From Diplonema japonicum (Eukaryota > Protista > Euglenozoa: Diplonemea), in assembly GCA_964019335.1 (NCBI GenBank), contig OZ025751.1:1-64000 (forward strand): a stretch of DNA of 64,000 nt, written 5' to 3'. The notes under the pieces were generated by a model. The model searched no databases, had not been told where the DNA came from, and saw nothing but the letters and a program-made list of their open reading frames with translations. Positions 1-8,930 of the stretch are shown piece by piece (position 1 is the stretch's first letter; every line of letters begins with the position of its first letter). The translations under genes and the position numbers were made by a program.

Positions 1-31
1 GCGGGTTTGCGGGTTTGCGGGTTTGCGGGTT
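1..31. repeat. (GCGGGTTT)n 8-bp tandem repeat at the window edge
   Basis: About 4 units are visible, running off the window. They abut and interrupt the third Cys-rich repeat of the adjacent ORF. Confidence 0.85.
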
Positions 32-526
32 CAGAGTGACGGGAGCGTAGCAGTTCACGGGGCACCACTCCACAGGGACACTGGACCTAGACGAGCGCCA
101 CTGCATGCAGCGCTCCTTGTGCACGGTGGGGGTAGAAGCGCCACCCATGTCCTCACAGTGGCACACCTGGTGAGCGGATGTCGAGGCGGGGTCACAGGCA
201 GGAGCCAGATTCAGAGTTCCGGGAGCGTAGCAGTTCACAGGGCACCACTCCACAGGGACACTGGACCTAGACGAGCGCCACTTTGTGCAGTGCTCCTTGT
301 GCACGGTGGGGGGAACAGGTGTTGTGTCCTCACAGTGGCACACCTGGTGAGCGGGTGTCGAAGCGGGGTCACAGGCAGGGGCCAGATTCAGAGTGCCGGG
401 AGCGTAGCAGTTCACAGGGCACCACTCCACAGAGACGCTGGACCTAGACGAACGCCACTTTGTGCAGTGTTCCTTGTGCACGGTGGCAACACTGACAAGG
501 GCGAAAAGCATCGCAGGTAACGACAT
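1..526 (-). CDS. Secreted protein with three ~59-aa Cys-rich repeats (3' end truncated or off-window); not in the ORF track
   Basis: Manual translation from the ATG at 526: MSLPAMLFALVSVA (signal-like), then TVHKEHCTKWRSSRSSVxVEWCPVNCYAPGTLNLAPACDPASTxAHQVCHCED twice and a partial third copy. The DNA repeats are 177-180 bp and there is no stop before position 1. Confidence 0.75.
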   Translation of the reverse strand, partial: MSLPAMLFALVSVATVHKEHCTKWRSSRSSVSVEWCPVNCYAPGTLNLAPACDPASTPAHQVCHCEDTTPVPPTVHKEHCTKWRSSRSSVPVEWCPVNCYAPGTLNLAPACDPASTSAHQVCHCEDMGGASTPTVHKERCMQWRSSRSSVPVEWCPVNCYAPVTLNPQTRKPANP

Positions 527-1158
527 TGTTATTTTCTTGGAACTGCATAAGTATGAGAGGTGAGAAAAAAAAAAGAAGAAAAAAAAAAGAAAAACACACA
601 AAAAGGTTATAAACCTGGAGTGAGATGGAAAAAAAAAAAGGGAGAAACACAGAGAGTTTCCACCGTGAAAGAAAATATAAAAAATTCGAAGCGTCGTTTA
701 AGAAGACGAGAGAAGCGGGGGGGAAAAAGAGAGAAGAAGAAAAAAAGAAAGAAAGGAAAAGAAACAAGATAGCAAGCTTTCTTTCTTTCTTTTTCTTTTT
801 TCTTTTTCTCTCCCTCTTTTTTTCTAGTGCTTGTGAAACAAACAAACAAACAGAAAGGAAACTTGTGCAAAGAGGGTAGCAAATAAACGATTGCCACAAA
901 GAGGAGAAGATGGGAACACACACAAAAAAAGAATGAAGATAAAAAAAAATAAACAAATAAATAAAGAAAGAAGAGAGAGGGAAAGAAGAGAAGGCAACAC
1001 ACACAAAACAAAAGATACCCCGGGAAATGATTCCATAGGGCCCTTCCAAAAGCATCGAGGGAGGAAAATGGTGTAGCGCGGGGGAAAACAAGAAGAAAGA
1101 AAGAAAGAAAGAAAGAACAGAGGTTCAGGAGAGAAAGGGGGGCGTGACCCGGAGTCAC

Positions 1159-1200
<42 letters not shown>

Positions 1201-1370
1201 CCTTTTTCATAAACCAACATCATCCTTCTTCCCCCCTCCGCCCGCGTCGCCTCCTTATAAACAAAAGATTTCTTTTTTTTTGGGAGATGAATTTTTAAAA
1301 TAAAAAAAAAAAGGGGGTGTGCTTTTCTCTCGTTAGTTAGTCGTTTTTCGTTTTTTTTTTCCAGCTTTTT

Positions 1371-2195
1371 TTATCCAATAAGCTTGCACCACTCAGGAAC
1401 ATCGCACCTCGCCCTGCACTGGGCGTACCACTGGTTCTGTTGGTAGCAGCGGGCAGGAGCCTCGCAGCAGGAAGGGGAGTCGATGCAGCCTCCCCACTCC
1501 GCGATGACGGGGCCGTTGCAGGGCCCTGCGGGAGGGGCCGCTGTGGGGACCGGTGTCGGGACAGGGCTTGCGGCGTCCCCCGTCGGGGCCGGGGTGGGGA
1601 GGGTTGTCGGGACAGGGGTCGTGCTGCCCCCGTTGAAGTCGAGGTCGATGGCGTTGTAGAAGCTGGCCGCCGTGTCGCCGACGTCCCAGATGGCGAGGAC
1701 CACGTGGTAGCCGCTCCTCGTCGGGACCGTGCACGAGTGCGTCACCACCATCGGCGGCTGCACCATCGCCCCGTCCACCGTGCAGAAGGGGCTGCTCTCC
1801 AAGGTCTCCCTCCCCAGAGGGGTCACCCCGTTCCACCCCTCCTTCGTGATGTAGTACCTCCAGTCCCGCGTGATGTGGTTCGCCGTGAACTGCCACGTGA
1901 AGTCCACAAGGCCGGAGCTGATCGAGGTCTTCGCCCACCTCGTCGCCGACTGCTCGTTCAGGGCCGCCCAGTTGTCCTGCCCCGCCGCCGCGAGCGTCCC
2001 GTCCGAAGGCCCGCTGTCAGGGTACCTGTCCGCCCCCTCCACGCTCTGCGGCTCGTACTGCACCCCGCCGCAGTTCTGGTTCGCCCCTTCCTTGCAGGCG
2101 TAGTTCCTCGACGCCGGTGCCTTCACGTAGCCGTGCCCGTGAGCACACGCAAACAGCGTTGTCACGCACACAAGGGGGCGCAGCAGCATTATCAT
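1371..2195 (-). CDS. Lytic polysaccharide monooxygenase AA10 (CBP21/GbpA-like) + Pro/Thr linker + CBM1-like domain
   Basis: Signal peptide ending AHG, mature N-terminal His (HGYV), YEPQSVE, TANH (second Cu His), YYITK, WDVGDT..FYN. C-terminal WGGC..CC..CYQQNQWYAQC. Start at ATG 2195 or 2189. Confidence 0.92.
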   Translation of the reverse strand: MIMLLRPLVCVTTLFACAHGHGYVKAPASRNYACKEGANQNCGGVQYEPQSVEGADRYPDSGPSDGTLAAAGQDNWAALNEQSATRWAKTSISSGLVDFTWQFTANHITRDWRYYITKEGWNGVTPLGRETLESSPFCTVDGAMVQPPMVVTHSCTVPTRSGYHVVLAIWDVGDTAASFYNAIDLDFNGGSTTPVPTTLPTPAPTGDAASPVPTPVPTAAPPAGPCNGPVIAEWGGCIDSPSCCEAPARCYQQNQWYAQCRARCDVPEWCKLIG

Positions 2196-2894
2196 TGTTG
2201 GTAGGATGGGGTGTGTGTGTGGGTGTGTGTAGGTTAACCTGTTTTTTTGAGTGCGCATGGATAAGGGGAGGCAAGTTGTCAGGTAACGCATGAAAATTGA
2301 AGGAAAAAAAGAGAGAAGGAAAAAAAAAAGGAAAAAAAAAAAAATTGAAGATGCTCTTCTGCACTTACCCTGAAGGGCAGCAAAAGATTTAGCGGAGAGG
2401 AAAGTATACTGAAGTGTCAGCAGTATATATTAGATACGGTATGATGAGCAGCCCGTTCCAGTAGGCGAGGGCCTCGGTGACAGGAGGGGCGGAGGGAAGT
2501 AAAAGAAAGGGTTCTAGACTAGAAAAAAAAAAAAAAAAAACAACAACCGCCGTTGCATTGCATCGCCAGCTCCATCAGCGAAGGCTGGGGATGCCCAAGG
2601 CATAGCTCTGTTTTCTTTTTTAACGACTTCCTTCTTTGTGCTGAACGACAAGAAGGAAAGGGGCAAAAAGAAGAAGAAGAAGAAGAAAGAAGAAAAAACT
2701 CGATAAAATTTCAGTGTGCATGGGGGGTGCTCACTGTTCAGGATGAAAAAAAAAGAAAGGGAAGTAGTGTGTAAATGAAAAAAAGATATAGTCAAAATCT
2801 TTTTTATTATTATTATTATTTTTTTTTGTTATTTATTTATTAAAAAAATCTTCTCCCCTTTTTTTAAAAAAAAAAAAGAGACGAACACGCCAAT

Positions 2895-4553
2895 TCAGAA
2901 CAACGGGAGGGCGAAACACATGCACCTGCGCCCCTGTGGCCCTGTGGGTGGTTGAGGGCCTGTCCTCGTGGGGCACATCGGCTTGTCCATGCACTTCTTC
3001 TTCTTCCTGTCGTACTCGCACACCCGGGAGGCTGCGGCGCACGCCTCGGCGTTCTTCAAGGAGCACTGCTGTCCAGCGGAGTGCACGAACACCGCGACGT
3101 GGAGGAGTTCCCTCGACACGGGCAGCTCAATGGCTTCCGTACCTCTCTCCACCTGCAGCTTGAAGATTGCGGCAGGGTGGTTGCGGACATCATCGGGGGC
3201 ACCGGGGAAGATTGGGATGTACCTCGGCCCGCAGCCCGCAGCCTCGAAGCCAGCCTCCAGCAACTCCTTCGGGAGGCCTCCGTTGGTAGAGGAGCTGCAC
3301 GGGAGGCAGTTGTGCAGTGTCACGTAGAAGGTACAGGGGTAGTAGTAGTGGTGGTGGTTCTTCTCGGTCGCGGGACACGACAGTCTCAGGGACATCCCTT
3401 TGCCCCCGTGAACCCCCATGTACGCTGTCGACCCTGCAAGCCACTCGGGGATCCTCTCCCAGCGTTGCCCGCTCACCTTGTCCTCCACAGCAGCAGAGGA
3501 GTCTACAACCTGCTTCGCAAAAGGTGCGATGCCCTCAACAAGCTCCACAGCCGCATCCGGGATGTCGTAGATCGCAAGCCTGTCCGTCACGTCGCTCACG
3601 AAAAGGTAGCCGCCGCTGGGCAGGAGGGTGAAGGGGGACCTCGCCTCGTCCCTTGCAAGGAGGGTGAAGGTGTTGGGCGCCGTCTCCTCCAACACAACGA
3701 GGCCGTTGTCAGTGCAGGCAAGGTACACCCTCGAGTTGTAGAAGCGGATGTCCCCACAGTCATGCACGAAGGCTGGCATCGTCATCGCCACGGGGGCCCC
3801 TGTCGTCGGGTTTATTTTCAGCGGCATGTCCGTGCTGGTGTCGACCCTGCTGATGTACAGGAAGCCCTCGTGGAACACAACCCTGTTGAAGTCGATGTCC
3901 GGCGTTGCGAAGGAAGACTCCTCGTGGGGGTTCGTGGGGTCCGACACGTCCAGCACAGAGACGCTGCCCTGGGGGGTGAGCTGCTCTGTGGTCGCGTACA
4001 CCTTCCTGTCCGCGTAGGTCATGTCCAGCACGAAGGAGCCTGTCGTCGACAACACCGAAACCCCCACCTGCATGAGGGTCCCCTTCGCAAGCACGTACAG
4101 GGACTCGGTGGTGGTAGGGCTGTGGAAGTACGACACGTAGATGTGGTTGGCAGACTGGGTCATCCCACGCCAGAAGTTCAGGTCGGCGTCGGGAGGGGGA
4201 AGGAAGGTGTGCAGCATCATTGGGGCAGCGGGGTCCGGGTGCAGGTCGTAGACGATCAGCGCGTGCAGGTACGACACGTACAGCAGGTTCCCGTCCGTCA
4301 GCACAGAGGCTGCCCTCCCGCTGCTGTGCTTTAGCATCCCTACCTCCACAGGGTTTCCCTTGTCTGCCACATTCGTGATCCTCACCGAATCGTCCGTCAT
4401 CACGCTGAACGTGTGGTCCCCCGACCTCGCCAGGTCCGCAGAGGTCTCCCCCGCCAGCGGGCCCACCCCGCCGATCTGTGCTAGCTCCTCGGTGGTCCCA
4501 CCAACAACCACAACAGTAGCGAACAACCACAACAACAGGATTCGGGCCAGCAT
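2895..4553 (-). CDS. Secreted LVIVD-like beta-propeller protein with an unnamed C-terminal Cys domain
   Basis: Signal peptide; repeats such as VSVLDVSDPTNP, LIVYDLHPDP and LAIYDIPD; C-terminal CTFYV..NCLPCSS..NGGLP...GF...CGP domain and Cys-rich tail. Confidence 0.75.
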   Translation of the reverse strand: MLARILLLWLFATVVVVGGTTEELAQIGGVGPLAGETSADLARSGDHTFSVMTDDSVRITNVADKGNPVEVGMLKHSSGRAASVLTDGNLLYVSYLHALIVYDLHPDPAAPMMLHTFLPPPDADLNFWRGMTQSANHIYVSYFHSPTTTESLYVLAKGTLMQVGVSVLSTTGSFVLDMTYADRKVYATTEQLTPQGSVSVLDVSDPTNPHEESSFATPDIDFNRVVFHEGFLYISRVDTSTDMPLKINPTTGAPVAMTMPAFVHDCGDIRFYNSRVYLACTDNGLVVLEETAPNTFTLLARDEARSPFTLLPSGGYLFVSDVTDRLAIYDIPDAAVELVEGIAPFAKQVVDSSAAVEDKVSGQRWERIPEWLAGSTAYMGVHGGKGMSLRLSCPATEKNHHHYYYPCTFYVTLHNCLPCSSSTNGGLPKELLEAGFEAAGCGPRYIPIFPGAPDDVRNHPAAIFKLQVERGTEAIELPVSRELLHVAVFVHSAGQQCSLKNAEACAAASRVCEYDRKKKKCMDKPMCPTRTGPQPPTGPQGRRCMCFALPLF

Positions 4554-4555
4554 TT

Positions 4556-4588
<33 letters not shown>

Positions 4589-4889
4589 TTTTGGTTTTAC
4601 CTACAGTGGTTCAAAAGAAGAAGAAGAAAACCAAATCGGTTGGTACTACAAAAAAAAGAATGGATAGGGGAGGGGGGGGAGGGGGGGGTATTCTTTCCCC
4701 CCTCCTCCTAATGTTCATCATATTCTTACACAAACATAAAAATTATCAGAAAAAGAGGGGGGGTTTTTTTTTCCGTTAAAAGGAGCCCGGGGGTACACGG
4801 AAGCGCACCCACAAAGTTGATCAGAACTGGAAATAGATATATATGAGTTAAAGGAGGCCGGTGTTGGCGGCGCCCTGCACAAGAACTGT

Positions 4890-5162
4890 CTACTTGATTA
4901 CAGGGGGCGCACCGCGGCCGAGTTGTAGCTTCTTCTGCGTTCCGCGTCGTGTCCTTAATGCGTGCGGTGTACAGCTCAACCCCAGCCGGTGCGTCCCGGG
5001 TAACCAAGATTCTGCGCTCGTGCAGTTTGCTGCCTGTTCGTCACCCTGAGCATCTGCATTATGTTCTTCCACTCGGGCGCTACCGGTGATGACCGACGAG
5101 GAGGTCAACAGCGAACAACACATCTGATCTTTTTCTTATATTTTCATGTTATCCCCACCACC
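4890..5162. repeat. Dispersed ~270-bp GC-rich repeat, copy 1 (SINE-like or retroelement relic)
   Basis: Close match (roughly 90% by eye) to 60133-60402. The flanking 4839-4879 also recurs at 35725-35765. Confidence 0.8.
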
Positions 5163-5344
5163 TCAAATAGAAGGCATGCACACAAGATGACCATTTTCAT
5201 CTTGGCACGTCATACGCCTCCACAACGCAAGGAAGAGACTCATACTGCCTGGCTAGGTTGGCCGCCCTGTCTTTGTTAGTTTGGATCCATTTTTCTTCGT
5301 TGGGGGGGGGGGATCCTTTCATTGACAGGCAAACACCCCCCCCC

Positions 5345-5444
5345 CGCGACAGTCGACGGCACGGCAAACCCAGGGAGAGGCACCAGTAGGAACACGAACG
5401 ATCATTTTAAAGTACAGAAACTGTAGCTTTAGAATTCGTTGGCT
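5345..5444 (-). mobile_element. Degenerate spliced-leader exon joined to the decayed 5' end of the retroelement (second junction copy)
   Basis: AGCCAACGAATTCTAAAGCTACAGTTTCTGTACTTTAAAATG followed by ATCGTTCGTGTTCCTACTGGTGCCT..CCTGGGTTTGCCG, matching the junction at 7460-7548. Confidence 0.75.
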
Positions 5445-5552
5445 CGGGAAGCGAGGACGTGATGATGGCAGGGGAAAACGAGGCAAACTGGAAGAGAAAA
5501 AAAAAGAAGAACAAAAAAAAAACTAAAATCACATGCTTCAACCAAAGGGGGG

Positions 5553-5942
5553 TTAGATGGAGCGACTGCCACTGTCAGGTGACAGCTTGAAGGAAAGGAG
5601 CAGATTGAAGTGATCGTCGAGGGTAGTACCAGGGTAGGTCACTTTAGAGAGGTTGCTATGCTGGAACGCGTCCCACTCCCGTCTGATCCACGGGCGTTGA
5701 ACGTCGTCAAGCTGACGAGGAGTCCCGTGGAGCACGATGATGAAGTCGGGTCGTACTACTGGGACAGTTGTAGGGAAGACACCAGCCTGGTTCATGCCCG
5801 CATCAACAAAATGAACCGAGCGGACAATATCCCAAAGTTCAGGACTCGGCCTGTCCATCATGCGTGTGAGTACAGAGGAACCCTTGGAAAAGCCAATAAA
5901 AGTGAGGTCGCAGAAACTAGTTGTCTCCTTAACAGACAGCAC
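5553..5942 (-). pseudogene. C-terminal fragment of a C2orf69/UPF0565-like alpha/beta-hydrolase-fold protein; 5' part missing
   Basis: IGFSKG, HFVDAG, LHGTPRQ..D..RPWI..E and TLDDHF motifs. There is no ATG, and it abuts the broken RT ORF. Confidence 0.6.
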
Positions 5943-7509
5943 CGGTGCCAGCCGGAGTCTGACCTCTGGCCATGATATTGCACACCTCGGTGAGCGCCGC
6001 CAGGGCCCCTACTTCCGTCACCACGCCGTCCACCCCGTCCTTCAGGTGTTGGGCGCTCAACCCCGTCGGCCCAGCCGCTTTCCCCTTGTCAAAGTCCCGG
6101 ACCATGCTCAGAACGTCGACGGCCGTGACGTCCTCGAAGGAGTCAGCCGGATTCAGTTCTAGCCCCGGGGTCAACCGATGCCTCAGGGTGGAGGCCCAGG
6201 AGCTTCTCTAAGGTCTCGGTGGAGTCCTCCGCCAACCCTCCCGCAGTCAGCGCTGCGTTGGCTCTGGAGAAGCGCCCCGGACTCCCGACGTGCCTTTCCA
6301 CCCCTGCGTCTGCCCAGGCAAGCCTTCGGAAGCATCAGGGGCAGCACCCACGACAGATAGGAGTTCTCCTGCTTCACCCTCACCAGTGCCGTCTTTAGCG
6401 CCAGACTCCACATCCCTTGAGCGGGACGGGGATGTACTTCATGAGGCTCACCTTCCGGGTGGCCACCTCCTCCAGAGAAGGAAGTGCGTCCCGGCTAGGG
6501 GCCGCCTTCACGTCCACGGGTCCCCAGGAGCGCTGTACCTGGCGATGCACCTGACGTGAGCCGCCTCCCGTGCGCCCACCACCGACCCACACACGCAGAT
6601 CTTGAGGTCAAACTTCTTCAACTCCTGTGGGAGTACCTCCTCGTCCAGCATGTGGTCGTTCAAGTGGGACTTCAGCAGTTCCCACCCCAAGATCGCCGGG
6701 CCTCCCATGTGGGACGACCTCTCGCACCCCCTCACCGGGCACTGGAAGCTCCTGACCTTGCTGTCCAGTCGTGGGGCATCCTTTCATGTGGTGTCCGTTG
6801 GGCCTGATGGAGGACTCCGGCATCAGGAGGTGGGCGAGGTCCAGGATGGCGGGCCTGGTCCCCGAGGGGGCTAGCCTCGCCTCCACCGCCCAATCCACCA
6901 GGGTGGACTTTCCGCCCTCCGAGACCAACACAGGCCTGTAGTGGGATCCCGTGAAGCCAAGCACCACCGTATCCTCCGGTTCCCTCGCCTCCCCGAGCTT
7001 CAAGACTTGGGCGTCACCCCCGGTCACGACCACGACCGTCTTTTGCCAGACCTCCACCGCCGCCTGCAGACAAAGGTGGTCCCCCCACTCCCCTTGCTTT
7101 GCCATGTAGTCGATGTAGGCCTCAAAACCGATCGGATCCACAAAGCTCTCGAACCTGCCCCTGTTGTCCCTTATGTGGCTGACCACCCGACTCCTCACCT
7201 CTCCGTGTCGTTCCTTCTCCCCAGCAGCACCACAGCCAGAGAGCGGAACAAGCAATCCCCTCCGCCCCCGGCATCCTCCTCCTTGGCGCCCACCTCGTGC
7301 AGGATCGACTCCCTGGTGACAGACGGGCCCGATATCCCACGGACGAGGCGGGAGGGCTTCTTCTCGGGCTTGGGCCGGCAATTCACGCACCGCTCCTTGT
7401 TCCCCGCCGTGAACAGCACGCTGCACCCCCCGGACGACGGCGACGACGGACGACGGACGCAGCGGCAAACCCAGGCAGAGGCGGCAGGCACCAGCAGAAC
7501 ACGAACGAC
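5940..7509 (-). mobile_element. Decayed, 3'-truncated CRE-like non-LTR retrotransposon (OTU protease, zinc finger, start of RT)
   Basis: Frameshifted pieces give an OTU domain (GGDCLFRSL / GEWGDHLCLQA / FTGSHY), a CxxxxC...HLNDH finger, LPKACL..RRGG and RT-0 KAAGPTGLSAQHLKD..ALTEVCN. The RT core and endonuclease are absent. Confidence 0.75.
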
Positions 7510-7548
7510 CAATAAAGTACAGAAACTGTAGCTTTAGAATCGTTGGTT
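7510..7548 (-). other. Perfect 39-nt spliced-leader (mini-exon) sequence, diplonemid type
   Basis: AACCAACGATTCTAAAGCTACAGTTTCTGTACTTTATTG, with the euglenozoan CAGTTTCTGTACTTTATTG core. It is followed by element sequence rather than the GTATG/Sm-site SL intron. Confidence 0.92.
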
Positions 7549-8057
7549 AATTGGAAATGCCTCAAGTTCCCTACCTTTTCTCCTTCAAAGCCACACACTT
7601 CTTGTAACATCCTTGGTTACAAGTACCCTTAATTCCGTATAAGGTCGATATATTGATAGGTTGTCCTCATTTGCCAACCATTGTATAAAAGACTAGTTTT
7701 CATTTGTGAGTAGTTGTTTTAGACAAAAAAAATAGATAAAATCCCAATAACGTCGGATCAGCTACCTTTGGAACGTCCACATATTTCCGCTATTCTATTC
7801 CATTTTAGAGGAGATGCACTTTTCTAGTAAGCTAGTTTGGATCACGTTAACAATGATTGTATATATAAAGGGCTCTTCTGTGAGGGCATGTGTCAACCCC
7901 ACATGCACACGAACTGCTTTTAATATGCTAAAATCTCATCCCTGCCCACTTCGACCGCTGCTTTATCCAGTTTATGTATTGTTGCATTCCAGAAGGAGGT
8001 GGTTCACGACTTCAATTAGCTTGCAGCTCCTGTTCTTCCCTTCGACCCTTCCATCCA

Positions 8058-8222
8058 TCACCTAGATGCGGTAAATGAAGTTGTTGCAGTTTTGGTCCCG
8101 TTCTCCTGCTCCACCACGAACTGCTTCACGTCCCCCACGAAGGTGAGGGGGCATGTCTGGGCAACAGCCGTCCCGACGAGGGACCCGAGCAGCAGGACAC
8201 ATGCAGCAATCGCGCGTGACAT
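8058..8222 (-). pseudogene. 5' fragment (signal peptide + ~20 aa) paralogous to the 20240-21712 gene
   Basis: MSRAIAACVLLLGSLVGTAVAQTCPLTFVGDVKQFVVEQENG matches MSRTFACVLLSLGTAIAQTCPLTFVGNVKQFVVEQENG. Homology stops at about 8098. Confidence 0.8.
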
Positions 8223-8669
8223 TTCCAAGAAGAGTGTTTAAATTAATAGAAAAATAAACCTGTGTGGAATATTTATCAGACAAAAGAAAGTAACTAAGTA
8301 AATAAATAAAAAATCAATCTTGAAGAAAATAGTCATATGAAGAAGAGTATCAGGTGGATAGACTTCGTGTAGGACCTTTGAAAATATTATTTTGGAGGTA
8401 CCTTTATAAAAAGTGAAGCCTGTGATACAAAAAGGAAATAAAGAGATGAGATAAAAGAGGTTCTTGTTTGGAACGTCCCTCCTTTGTCTCTACGTATCTC
8501 AGAAAAAAAAGAGAAAAAAAAAAAAAAAAAACAAGAAAAAGTATGATGGGACGAGAAATATGTTGGCTACGACCCACCAAAGAAAAAAAAAGAATTTGCT
8601 TTAAAAAAAAAGAGAGAGGGAGAGGAAGAGGTTTGAAACCGGAGGTCAAAGGTCCAAAGGTTCATTCGG

Positions 8670-8712
<43 letters not shown>

Positions 8713-8930
8713 AAAAGAGTGGTGTTCAGGGAAGGGACAAGTGTCATCACCTTACACACCCTGCTCTTCCTAGCCGCTTTGGTCAGAAAACATTTACCAC
8801 AAATGGGACACAAAAATAATTCAATAATCAAAAGGTAGTAATTGAAAAAATATTTTTTTCTTCTTTTTTAAATAAGAGAGAACCCCTCCTTTTTCTCACA
8901 TCTCGTGTATTTATTTATCGTGAGTGTAGC

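Noticed and set aside
23-520. Plus-strand 165-aa ORF
   Set aside because: It is the antisense shadow of the minus-strand Cys-repeat gene, which has an ATG, a signal peptide and the cluster orientation.
444-1210. F-rich and K-rich ORFs in spacers (here and throughout)
   Set aside because: They are translations of A/T homopolymer tracts.
4890-5162. SRP (7SL) or RNase MRP RNA
   Set aside because: The size fits, but I could not find the SRP helix-8 motif or the MRP CR-I/CR-V motifs.
7460-7548. Functional SL RNA gene
   Set aside because: The exon is not followed by GTATG or an Sm site and is not in a tandem array.
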